In this document: positions 12,401 through 25,455 of the stretch, piece after piece
Layout: every line of letters begins with the position of its first letter
Position numbering within the stretch: the first letter of the stretch is position 1
Assembly (NCBI RefSeq): GCF_009914755.1
Contig: NC_060935.1
Direction: 5' to 3' (one strand)
From: the human T2T-CHM13v2.0 reference genome, Homo sapiens
DNA: 64,000 nucleotides
The notes under the pieces: generated by a model
Seen by the model: only the letters and a program-made list of their open reading frames with translations
Database searches by the model: none
What the model was told of the DNA's origin: nothing
Position numbers and translations under genes: made by a program

Positions 12401-15400
12401 CATAGTTCAGCTTTCAAACCCTCTTTTTGTAGAATCTGCAAGTGGATATTTGGGCCACTTTGGGGCCTTCCTTCGAAACGGGTATATCTTCACATCAAAC
12501 CTAGACAGAAGCATTCTCAGAATGTTTCCTGTGATGACTGCATTCAACTCACAGAGGTGAACAATCCTGCTGATGGAGCAGTTTTGAAACTCTCTTTCTT
12601 TGGATTCTGCAAGTGGATATGTGGACCTCTGTGAAGATTTCGTTGGAAACGTGTTCATCTTCACAGAAAAACTAAACAGGAGCATTCTCAGAAACTGCTT
12701 TGTGATGTTTGTGTTCCACTTCAAGAATTGAACTTTCCTCTTGACAGAGCAGCTCTGAAACCCTATTTTTCTAGAATCTGCAAGTGGACATTTGGAGGGC
12801 TTTGAGGCCTGTGGTGGAAAAGGAAAATCTTCACATAAAAACTAGATGGAAGCATTCTCAGAAACTACTTTGTGATGATTGCATTCGACTCACAGAGTTG
12901 AACATTCCTATAGATAGAGCAGGTTGTAAACAATCTTTTTCTAGAATCTGTGATTGGAGATTTGGACAGCTTTGAGGCCTACTGTAGTAAAGGAAATAAC
13001 TTCATCTAAAAACCAAACGGAAGCATTCACAGACAATTCTTAGTGATCATTGGATTGAACTAACAGAGCTGAACATTCCTTTAGATGGAGCAGTTTCCAA
13101 ACCCACTTTCTGTAGAATCTGCAAGTGGATATTTGGACTTCTCTGAGGATTTCGTTGGAAACGGGATAAACTTCCCAGAACTACAGGGAAGCATTGTGAG
13201 AAACTTCTTTGTGATGTTTGCATTCAACTCACAGAGTTGAACCTTGCTTTCATAGTTCAGCTTTCAAACACTCTTTTTGTAGAATCTGCAAGTGGATATT
13301 TAGACCACTTTGTGGCCTTCCTTCGAAACGGGTATATCTTCACATCAAACCTAGACAGAAGCATTCTCAGAATGTTTCCTGTGAAGACTGCATTCAACTC
13401 ACAGAGATGAACAATCCTGTTGATGGAGCACTTTGGAAACTCTCTTTCTTGGGATTCTGCAAGTTGATATGTGGACCTCTGTGAAGATTTCGTTGGAAAC
13501 GGGTTCATCTTCACAGAAAAACTAAACAGAAGCATTCTCAAAAACTACTTTGTGATGTTTGTGTTCCACTTCAAGAATTGAACTTTCCTCTTGACAGAGC
13601 AGCTCTGAAAACCTCTTTTTCTAGAATCTGCAAGTGGACATTTGGAGGGCTTTGAGGCCTGTGGTGGAAAAGGAAAATCTTCACATAAAAACTAGATGGA
13701 AGCATTCTCAGAAACTACTTTGAGATGATTGCATTCGACTCACAGAGTTGAACATTCCTATAGATAGAGCAGGTTGTAAACAATCTTTTTCTAGAATCTG
13801 CGATTGGAGATTTGGACTGCTTTGAGGCCTACTGTAGTAAAGGAAATAACTTCATCTAAAAACCAAACGGAAGCATTCACAGACAATTCTTAGTGATCAT
13901 TGGATTGAACTAACACAGCTGAACATTCCTTTAGATGGAGCAGTTTCCAAACACACTTTCTGTAGAATGTGCAAGTGGATATTTGGACCACTCTGAGGAT
14001 TTCGTTGGAAACGGGATAAACTTCCCAGAACTACACGGAAGCATTCTGAGAAACTTCTTTGTGATGTTTGCATTCAACTCACAGAGTTGAACCTTGCTTT
14101 CATAGTTCAGCTTTCAAACACTCTTTTTGTAGAATCTGCAAGTGGATATTTGGACCACTTTGTGGCCTTCCTTCGAAACGGGTATATCTTCACATCAAAC
14201 CTAGACAGAAGCATTCTCAGAATGTTTCCTGTGATGACTGCATTCAACTCACAGAGGTGAACAATCCTGCTGATGGAGCAGTTTTGAAACTCTCTTTCTT
14301 TGGATTCTGCAAGTGGATATGTGGACCTCTGTGAAGATTTCGTTGGAAACGGGTTCATCTTCACAGAAAAACTAAACAGAAGCATTCTCAGAAACTGCTT
14401 TGTGATGTTTGTGTTCCACTTCAGGAATTGAACTTTCCTCTTGACAGAGCAGCTCTGAAACCCTCTTATTCTATAATCTGCAAGTGGACATTTGGAGTGC
14501 TTTGAGGCCTGTGGTGGAAAAGGAAAATCTTCACATAAAAACTAGATGGAAGCATTCTCAGAAACTACTTTGTGATGATTGCATTCGACTCACAGAGTTG
14601 AACATTCCTATAGATAGAGCAGGTTGTAAACAATCTTTTTGTAGAAAATGCGATTGGAGATTTGGACTGCTTTGAGGCCTACTGTAGTAAAGGAAATAAC
14701 TTCATCTAAAAACCAAACGGAAGCATTCACAGACAATTCTTAGTGATCATTGGATTGAACTAACAGAGCTGAACATTCCTTTAGATGGCGCAGTTTCCAA
14801 ACCCACTTTCTGTAGAATCTGCAAGTGGATATTTGGACTTCTCTGAGGATTTCGTTGGAAACGGGATAAACTTCCCAGAACTACACGGAAGCATTGTGAG
14901 AAACTTCTTTGTGATGTTTGCATTCAACTCACAGAGTTGAACCTTGCTTTCATAGTTCAGCTTTCAAACACTCTTTTTGTAGAATCTGCAAGTGGATATT
15001 TGGACCACTTTGTGGCCTTCCTTCGAAACGGGTATATCTTCACATCAAACCTAGACAGAAGCATTCTCAGAATGTTTCCTGTGATGACTGCATTCAACTC
15101 ACAGAGGTGAACAATCCTGCTGATGGAGCAGTTTTGAAACTCTCTTTCTTTGGATTCTACAAGTGGATATGTGGACCTCTGTGAAGATTTCGTTGGAAAC
15201 GGGTTCATCTTCACAGAAAAACTAAACAGAAGCATTCTCAGAAACTGCTTTGTGATGTTTGTGTTCCACTTCAGGAATTGAACTTTCCTCTTGACAGAGC
15301 AGCTCTGAAACCCTCTTATTCTAGAATCTGCAAGTGGACATTTGGAGGGCTTTGAGGCCTGTGGTGGAAAAGGAAAATCTTCACATAAAAACTAGATGGA

Positions 15401-18400
15401 AGCATTCTCAGAAACTACTTTGTGATGATGGCTTTCGACTCACAGAGTTGAACATTCCTATAGATAGAGCAGGTTGTAAACAATCTTTTTGTAGAATCTG
15501 CGATTGGAGATTTGGACTGCTTTGAGGCCTATTGTAGTAAAGGAAATAACTTCATCTAAAAACCAAACGGAAGCATTCACAGACAATTCTCAGTGATCAT
15601 TGGATTGAACTAACAGAGCTGAACATTCCTTTAGATGGAGCAGTTTCCAAACAAACTTTCTGTAGAATCTGCAAGTGGATATTTGGACTTCTCTGAGAAT
15701 TTCGTTGGAAAAGGGATAAACTTCCCAGAACTACACGGATGCATTGTGAGAAACTTCTTTGTGATGTTTGCATTCAACTCACAGAGTTGAACCTTGCTTT
15801 CATAGTTCAGCTTTCAAACACTCTTTTTGTACAATCTGCAAGTGGATATTTGGACCACTTTGTGGTCTTCCTTCGAAACGGGTATATCTTCACATCAAAC
15901 CTAGACAGAAGCATTCTCAGAATGTTTCCTGTGATGACTGCATTCAACTCACAGAGGTGAACAATCCTGCTGATGGAGGAGTTTTGAAACTCTCTTTCTT
16001 TGGATTCTGCAAGTGGATATGTGGACCTCTGTGAAGATTTCGTTGGAAACGGGTTCATCTTCACAGAAAAACTAAACAGAAGCATTCTCAGAAACTGCTT
16101 TGTGATGTTTGTGTTCCACTTCAGGAATTGAACTTTCCTCTTGACAGAGCAGCTCTGAAACCCTCTTATTCTAGAATCTGCAAGTGGACATTTGGAGGGC
16201 TTTGAGGCCTGTGGTGGAAAAGGAAAATCTTCACATAAAAACTAGATGGAAGCATTCTCAGAAACTACTTTGTGATGATTGCATTCGACTCACAGAGTTG
16301 AACATTCCTATAGATAGAGCAGGTTGTAAACAATCTTTTTCTAGAATCTGCTATTGGAGATTTGGACTGCTTTGAGGCCTACTGTAGTAAAGGAAATAAC
16401 TTCATCTAAAAACCAAACGGAAGCATTCACAGACAATTCTCAGTGATCATTGGATTGAACTAACAGAGCTGAACATTCCTTTAGATGGAGCAGTTTCCAA
16501 ACAAACTTTCTGTAGAATCTGCAAGTGGATATTTGGACTTCTCTGAGAATTTCGTTGGAAAAGGGATAAACTTCCCAGAACTACACGGAAGCATTGTGAG
16601 AAACTTCTTTGTGATGTTTGCATTCAACTCACAGAGTTGAACCTTGCTTTCATAGTTCAGCTTTCAAACACTCTTTTTGTAGAATCTGCAAGTGGATATT
16701 TGGACCACTTTGTGGCCTTCCTTCGAAACGGGTATATCTTCACATCAAACCTAGACAGAAGCATTCTCAGAATGTTTCCTGTGATGACTGCATTCAACTC
16801 ACAGAGGTGAACAATCCTGCTGATGGAGCAGTTTTGAAACTCTCTTTCTTTGGATTCTGCATGTGGATATGTTGACCTCTGTGAAGATTTCGTTGGAAAC
16901 GGGTTCATCTTCACAGAAAAACTAAACAGGAGCATTCTCAGAAACTGCTTTGTGATGTTTGTGTTCCACTTCAAGAATTGAACTTTCCTCTTGACAGAGC
17001 AGCTCTGAAACCCTCTTTTTCTAGAATCTGCAAGTGGACATTTGGAAGGATTTGAGGCCTGTGGTGGAAAAGGAAAATCTTCACATAAAAACTAGATGGA
17101 AGCATTCTCAGAAACTACTTTGTGATGATTGCATTCGACGCACAGAGTTGAACATTCCTATAGAGAGAGCAGGTTGTAAACAATCTTTTTGTAGAATCTG
17201 CGATTGGAGATTTGGACTGCTTTGAGGCTTACTGTAGTAAAGGAAATAACTTCATCTAAAAACCAAACGGAAGCATTCACAGACAATTCTTAGTGATCAT
17301 TGGATTGAGCTAACAGAGCTGAACATTCCTTTAGATGGAGCAGTTTCCAAACCCACTTTCTGTAGAATCTGCAAGTGGATATTTGTACTTCTCTGAGGAT
17401 TTCGTTGGAAACGGGATAAACTTCCCAGAACTACACGGAAGCATTGTGAGAAACTTCTTTGTGATGTTTGCATTCAACTCACAGAGTTGAACCTTGCTTT
17501 CATAGTTCAGCTTTCAAACACTCTTTTTGTAGAATCTGCAAGTGGATATTTGGACCACTTTGTGGCCTTCCTTCGAAACGGGTATATCTTCACATCAAAC
17601 CTAGACAGAAGCATTCTCAGAATGTTTCCTGTGATGACTGCATTCAACTCACAGAGGTGAACAATCCTGCTGATGGAGCAATTTTGAAACTCTCTTTCTT
17701 TGGATTCTGCAAGTGGATATGTGGACCTCTGTGAAGATTTCGTTGGAAACGGGTTCATCTTCACAGAAAAACTAAACAGAAGCATTCTCAGAAACTGCTT
17801 TGTGATGTTTGTGTTCCACTTCAGGAATTGAACTTTCCTCTTGACAGAGCAGCTCTGAAACCCTCTTATTCTAGAATCTGCAAGTGGACATTTGGAGGGC
17901 TTTGAGGCCTGTGGTGGAAAAGGAAAATCTTCACATAAAAACTAGATGGAAGCATTCTCAGAAACTACTTTGTGATGATTGCATTCGACTCACAGAGTTG
18001 AACATTCCTATAGATAGAGCAGGTTGTAAACAATCTTTTTGTAGAATCTGCGATTGGAGATTTGGACTGCTTTGAGACCTACTGTAGTAAAGGAAATAAC
18101 TTCATCTAAAAACCAAACGGAAGCATTCACAGACAATTCTTAGTGATCATTGCATTGAACTAACAGAGCTGAACATTCCTTTAGATGGCGCAGTTTCCAA
18201 ACCCACTTTCTGTAGAATCTGCAAGTGGATATTTGGACTTCTCTGAGGATTTCGTTGGAAACGGGATAAACTTCCCAGAACTACACGGAAGCATTGTGAG
18301 AAACTTCTTTGTGATGTTTGCATTCAACTCACAGAGTTGAAACTTGCTTTCATAGTTCAGCTTTCAAACACTCTTTTTGTAGAATCTGCAAGTGGATATT

Positions 18401-20430
18401 TGGACCACTTTGTGGCCTTCCTTCGAAACGGGTATATCTTCACATCAAACCTAGACATAAGCATTCTCAGAATGTTTCCTGTGAAGACTGCATTCAACTC
18501 ACAGAGATGAACAATCCTGTTGATGGAGCACTTTGGAAACTCTCTTTCTTTGGATTCTGCAAGTTGATATGTGGACCTCTGTGAAGATTTCGTTGGAAAC
18601 GGGTTCATCTTCACCGAAAAACTAAACAGAAGCATTCTCAAAAACTACTTTGTGATGTTTGTGTTCCACTTCAAGAATTGAACTTTCCTCTTGACAGAGC
18701 AGTTCTGAAAACCTCTTTTTCTAGAATCTGCAAGTGGACATTTGGAGGGCTTTGAGGCCTGTGGTGGAAAAGGAAAATCTTCACATAAAAACTAGATGGA
18801 AGCATTCTCAGAAACTACTTTGTGATGATTGCACTCGACTCACAGAGTTGAACATTCCTATAGATAGAGCAGGTTGTAAACAATCTTTTTGTAGAATCTG
18901 CGATTGGAGATTTGGACTGCTTTGAGGCCTACTGTAGTAAAGGAAATAACTTCATCTAAAAACCAAACGGAAGCATTCACAGACAATTCTTAGTGATCAT
19001 TGCATTGAACTAACAGAGCTGAACATTCCTTTAGATGGCGCAGTTTCCAAACACACTTTCTGTAGAATCTGCAAGTGGATATTTGGACCTCTCTGAGGAT
19101 TTCGTTGGAAACGGGATAAACTTCCCAGAACTACACGGAAGCATGCTGAGAAACTTCTTTGTGATGTTTGCATTCAACTCACAGAGTTGAACCTTGCTTT
19201 CATAGTTCAGCTTTCAAACACTCTTTTTGTAGAATCTGCAAGTGGATATTTGGACCACTTTGTGGCCTTCCTTCGAAACGGGTATATCTTCACATCAAAC
19301 CTAGACAGAAGCATTCTCAGAATGTTTCCTGGGATGACTGCATTCAACTCACAGAGGTGAACAATCCTGCTGATGGAGCAATTTTGAAACTCTCTTTCTT
19401 TGGATTCTGCAAGTGGATATGTGGACCTCTGTGAAGATTTCGTTGGAAACGGGTTCATCTTCACAGAAAAACTAAACAGAAGCATTCTCAGAAACTGCTT
19501 TGTGATGTTTGTGTTCCACTTCAGGAATTGAACTTTCCTCTTGACAGAGCAGCTCTGAAACCCTCTTATTCTAGAATCTGCAAGTGGACATTTGGAGGGG
19601 TTTGAGGCCTGTGGTGGAAAAGGAAAATCTTCACATAAAAACTAGATGGAAGCATTCTCAGAAACTACTTTGTGATGATTGCATTCGACTCACAGAGTTG
19701 AATATTCCTATAGATAGAGCAGGTTGTAAACAATCTTTTTGTAGAATCTGCGATTGGAGATTTGGACTGCTTTGAGGCCTACTGTAGTAAAGGAAATAAC
19801 TTCATCTAAAAACCAAACGGAAGCATTCACAGACAATTCTTAGTGATCATTGCATTGAACTAACAGAGCTGAACATTCCTTTAGATGGAGCAGTTTCCAA
19901 ACACACTTTCTGTAGAACCTGCAAGTGGATATTTGGACCTCTCTGAGGATTTCGTTGGAAACGGGATAAACTTCCCAGAGCTACACGGAAGCATTGTGAG
20001 AAACTTCTTTGTGATGTTTGCATTCAACTCACAGAGTTGAACCTTGCTTTCATAGTTCAGCTTTCAAACACTCTTTTTGTAGAATCTGCAAGTGGATATT
20101 TGGACCACTTTGTGGCCTTCCTTCGAAACGGGTATATCTTCACATCAAACCTAGACAGAAGCATTCTCAGAATGTTTCCTGTGATGACTGCATTCAACTC
20201 ACAGAGGTGAACAATTCTGCTGATGGAGCAGTTTTGAAACTCTCTTTCTTTGGATTCTGCAAGTGGATATGTGGACCTCTATGAAGATTTCGTTGGAAAC
20301 GGGTTCATCTTCACAGAAAAACTAAACAGAAACATTCTCACAAACTGCTTTGTGATGTTTGTGTTCCACTTCAGGAATTGAACTTTCCTCTTGACAGAGC
20401 AGCTCTGAAACCCTCTTTTTCTAGAATCTA
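3431..20430 (+). repeat. Tandem duplication of a 10-HOR (8,500-bp) block: about 3431-11930 and 11931-20430
   Basis: Rare variants recur at exactly +8500, for example TGGGGCC 3961/12461, TGAGATG 5221/13721, GCTTTCG 6931/15431, GCACTCG 10331/18831 and GAATCTA 11924/20424. The ORF track repeats with the same offset. Confidence 0.95.
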
Positions 20431-23400
20431 CAAGTGGACATTTGGAGGGCTTTGAGGCCTGTGGTGGAAAAGGAAAATCTTCACATAAAAACTAGATGGA
20501 AGCATTCTCAGAAACTACTTTGTGATGATTGCATTCGACTCACAGAGTTGAACATTCCTATAGATAGAGCAGGTTGTAAACAATCTTTTTGTAGAATCTG
20601 CGATTGGAGATTTGGACTGCTTTGAGGCCTACTGTAGTAAAGGAAATAACTTCATCTAAAAACCAAACGGAAGCATTCACAGACAATTCTTAGTGATCAT
20701 TGGATTGAACTAACAGAGCTGAACATTCCTTTAGATGGCGCAGTTTCCAAACACACTTTCTGTAGAATCTGCAAGTGGATATTTGGACTTCTCTGAGGAT
20801 TTCGTTGGAAACGGGATAAACTTCCCAGAACTACACGGAAGCATTGTGAGAAACTTCTTTGTGATGTTTCCATTCAACTCACAGAGTTGAACCTTGCTTT
20901 CATAGTTCAGCTTTCAAACCCTCTTTTTGTAGAATCTGCAAGTGGATATTTGGGCCACTTTGTGGCCTTCCTTCGAAACGGGTATATCTTCACATCAAAC
21001 CTAGACAGAAGCATTCTCAGAATGTTTCCTGTGATGACTGCATTCAACTCACAGAGGTGAACAATCCTGCTGATGGAGCAGTTTTGAAACTCTCTTTCTT
21101 TGGATTCTGCAAGTGGATATGTGGACCTCTGTGAAGATTTCGTTGGAAACGGGTTCATCTTCACAGAAAAACTAAACAGAAGCATTCTCAGAAACTGCTT
21201 TGTGATGTTTGTGTTCCACTTCAGGAATTGAACTTTCCTCTTGACAGAGCAGCTCTGAAACCCTCTTATTCTATAATCTGCAAGTGGACATTTGGAGTGC
21301 TTTGAGGCCTGTGGTGGAAAAGGAAAATCTTCACATAAAAACTAGATGGAAGCATTCTCAGAAACTACTTTGTGATGATTGCATTCGACTCACAGAGTTG
21401 AACATTCCTATAGATAGAGCAGGTTGTAAACAATCTTTTTGTAGAAAATGCGATTGGAGATTTGGACTGCTTTGAGGCCTACTGTAGTAAAGGAAATAAC
21501 TTCATCTAAAAACCAAACGGAAGCATTCACAGACAATTCTTAGTGATCATTGGATTGAACTAACAGAGCTGAACATTCCTTTAGATGGAGCAGTTTGCAA
21601 ACCCACTTTCTGTAGAATCTGCAAGTGGATATTTGGACTTCTCTGAGGATTTCGTTGGAAACGGGATAAACTTCCCAGAACTACACGGAAGCATTGTGAG
21701 AAACTTCTTTGTGATGTTTGCATTCAACTCACAGAGTTGAACCTTGCTTTCATAGTTCAGCTTTCAAACACTCTTTTTGTAGAATCTGCAAGTGGATATT
21801 TGGACCACTTTGTGGCCTTCCTTCGAAACGGGTAAATCTTCACATCAAACCTAGACAGAAGCATTCTCAGAATGTTTCCTGTGATGACTGCATTCAACTC
21901 ACAGAGGTGAACAATCCTGCTGATGGAGCAGTTTTGAAACTCTCTTTCTTTGGATTCTACAAGTGGATATGTGGACCTCTGTGAAGATTTCGTTGGAAAC
22001 GGGTTCATCTTCACAGAAAAACTAAACAGAAGCATTCTCAGAAACTGCTTTGTGATGTTTGTGTTCCACTTCAGGAATTGAACTTTCCTCTTGACAGAGC
22101 AGCTCTGAAACCCTCTTATTCTAGAATCTGCAAGTGGACATTTGGAGGGCTTTGAGGCCTGTGGTGGAAAAGGAAAATCTTCACATAAAAACTAGATGGA
22201 AGCATTCTCAGAAACTACTTTGTGATGATGGCTATCGACTCACAGAGTTGAACATTCCTATAGATAGAGCAGGTTGTAAACAATCTTTTTGTAGAATCTG
22301 CGATTGGAGATTTGGACTGCTTTGAGGCCTACTGTAGTAAAGGAAATAACTTCATCTAAAAACCAAACGGAAGCATTCACAGACAATACTTAGTGATCAT
22401 TGGATTGAACTAACAGAGCTGAACATTCCTTTAGATGGAGCAGTTTCCAAACACACTTTCTGTAGAATCTGCAAGTGGATATTTGGACTTCTCTGAGGAT
22501 TTCGTTGGAAACGGGATAAAATTCCCAGAACTACACGGAAGCATTCTGAGAAACTTCTTTGTAATGTTTTCATTCAACTCACAGAGTTGAACCTTGCTTT
22601 CATAGTTCAGCTTTCAAACACTCTTTTTGTACAATCTGCAAGTGGATATTTGGACCACTTTGTGGCCTTCCTTCGAAACGGGTATATCTTCATATCAAAC
22701 CTAGACAGAAGCATTCTCAGAATGTTTCCTGTGATGACTGCATTCAACTCACAGAGGTGAACAATCCTGCTGATGGAGCAGTTTTGAAACTCTCTTTCTT
22801 TGGATTCTGCAAGTGGATATGTGGACCTCTGTGAAGATTTCGTTGGAAACGGGTTCATCTTCACAGAAAAACTAAACAGAAGCATTCTCAGAAACTGCTT
22901 TGTGATGTTTGTGTTCCACTTCAGGAATTGAACTTTCCTCTTGACAGAGCAGCTCTGAAACCCTCTTTTTCTAGAATCTGCAAGTGGACATTTGGAGGGC
23001 TTTGAGGCCTGTGGTGGAAAAGGAAAATCTTCACATAAAAACTAGATGGAAGCATTCTCAGAAACTACTTTGTGATGATTGCATTCGACTCACAGAGTTG
23101 AACATTCCTATAGATAGAGCAGGTTGTAAACAATCTTTTTGTAGAATCTGCGATTGGAGATTTGGACTGCTTTGAGGCCTACTGTAGTAAAGGAAAGAAC
23201 TTCATCTAAAAACCAAACGGAAGCATTCACAGACAATTCTTAGTGATCATTGGATTGAACTAACAGAGCTGAACATTCCTTTAGATGGCGCAGTTTCCAA
23301 ACACACTTTCTGTAGAATCTGCAAGTGGATATTTGGACTTCTCTGAGGATTTCGTTGGAAACGGGATAAACTTCCCAGAACTACACGGAAGCATTGTGAG

Positions 23401-25387
23401 AAACATCTTTGTGATGTTTGCATTCAACTCACAGAGTTGAACCTTGCTTTCATAGTTCAGCTTTCAAACCCTCTTTTTGTAGAATCTGCAAGTAGATATT
23501 TGGGCCACTTTGTGGCCTTCCTTCGAAACGGGTATATCTTCACATCAAACCTAGACAGAAGCATTCTCAGAATGTTTCCTGTGATGACTGCATTCAACTC
23601 ACAGAGGTGAACAATCCTGCTGATGGAGCAGTTTTGAAACTCTCTTTCTTTGGATTCTGCAAGTGGATATGTGGACCTCTGTGAAGATTTCGTTGGAAAC
23701 GGGTTCATCTTCACAGAAAAACTAAACAGGAGCATTCTCAGAAACTGCTTTGTGATGTTTGTGTTCCACTTCAAGAATTGAACTTTCCTCTTGACAGAGC
23801 AGCTCTGAAACCCTATTTTTCTAGAATCTGCAAGTGGACATTTGGAGGGCTTTGAGGCCTGTGGTGGAAAAGGAAAATCTTCACATAAAAACTAGATGGA
23901 AGCATTCTCAGAAACTACTTTGTGATGATTGCATTCGACTCACAGAGTTGAACATTCCTATAGATAGAGCAGGTTGTAAACAATCTTTTTCTAGAATCTG
24001 CGATTGGAGATTTGGACAGCTTTGAGGCCTACTGTAGTAAAGGAAATAACTTCATCTAAAAACCAAACGGAAGCATTCACAGACAATTCTTAGTGATCAT
24101 TGGATTGAACTAACAGAGCTGAAGATTCCTTTAGATGGAGCAGTTTCCAAACCCACTTTCTGTAGAATCTGCAAGTGGATATTGGGACTTCTCTGAGGAT
24201 TTCGTTAGAAACGGGATAAACTTCCCAGAACTACAGGGAAGCATTGTGAGAAACTTCTTTGTGACGTTTGCATTCAACTCACAGAGTTGAACCTTGCTTT
24301 CATAGTTCAGCTTTCAAACACTCTTTTTGTAGAATCTGCAAGTGGATATTTGGACCACTTTGTGGCCTTCCTTCGAAACGGGTATATCTTCACATCAAAC
24401 CTAGACAGAAGCATTCTCAGAATGTTTCCTGTGATGACTGCATTCAACTCACAGAGGTGAACAATCCTGCTGATGGAGCAGTTTTGAAACTCTCTTTCTT
24501 TGGATTCTGCAAGTGGATATGTGGACCTCTGTGAAGATTTAGTTGGAAACGTGTTCATCTTCACAGAAAAACTAAACAGGAGCATTCTCAGAAACTGCTT
24601 TGTGATGTTTGTGTTCCACTTCAAGAATTGAACTTTCCTCTTGACAGAGCAGCTCTGAAACCCTATTTTTCTAGAATATGCAAGTGGACATTTGGAGGGC
24701 TTTGAGGCCTGTGGTGGAAAAGGAAAATCTTCACATAAAAACTAGATGGAAGCATTCTCAGAAACTACTTTGTGATGATTGCATTCGACGCACAGAGTTG
24801 AACATTCCTATAGATAGAGCAGGTTGTAAACAATCTTTTTGTAGAATCTGCGATTGGAGATTTGGACTGCTTTGAGGCCTACTGTAGTAAAGGAAATAAC
24901 TTCATCTAAAAACCAAACGGAAGCATTCACAGACAATTCTTAGTGATCATTGGATTGAACTAACAGAGCTGAACATTCCTTTAGATGGAGCAGTTTCCAA
25001 ACCCACTTTCTGTAGAATCTGCAAGTGGATATTTGGACTTCTCTGAGGATTTCGTTGGAAACGGGATAAAATTCCCAGAACTACACGGAAGCATTCTGAG
25101 AAACTTCTTTGTAATGTTTGCATTCAACTCACAGAGTTGAACCTTGCTTTCATAGTTCAGCTTTCAAACACTCTTTTTGTACAATCTGCAAGTGGATATT
25201 TGGACCACTTTGTGGCCTTCCTTCGAAACGGGTATATCTTCATATCAAACCTAGACAGAAGCATTCTCAGAATGTTTCCTGTGATGACTGCATTCAACTC
25301 ACAGAGGTGAACAATCCTGCTGATGGAGCAGTTTTGAAACTCTCTTTCTTTGGATTCTGCAAGTGGATATGTGGACCTCTGTGAAGA

Positions 25388-25455
25388 TTTCGTTGAAACG
25401 GGTTCATCTTCACAGAAAAATTAAACAGGAGCATTCTCAGAAAGTGCTTTGGATG
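25388..25455 (+). other. Two 1-bp deletions giving an 848-bp HOR
   Basis: TTCGTTGAAACGGG has lost one G (about 25396) and CTTTGGATG has lost one T (about 25451). The register shifts by 2 bp. Confidence 0.9.

Noticed and set aside
3431-20430. Treating the 8.5-kb period as a new fixed 50-monomer HOR
   Set aside because: There are only two full copies, and other parts of the window show different periods (about 4.25, 5.1, 5.95, 10.2 and 11.0 kb). It is a local duplication.
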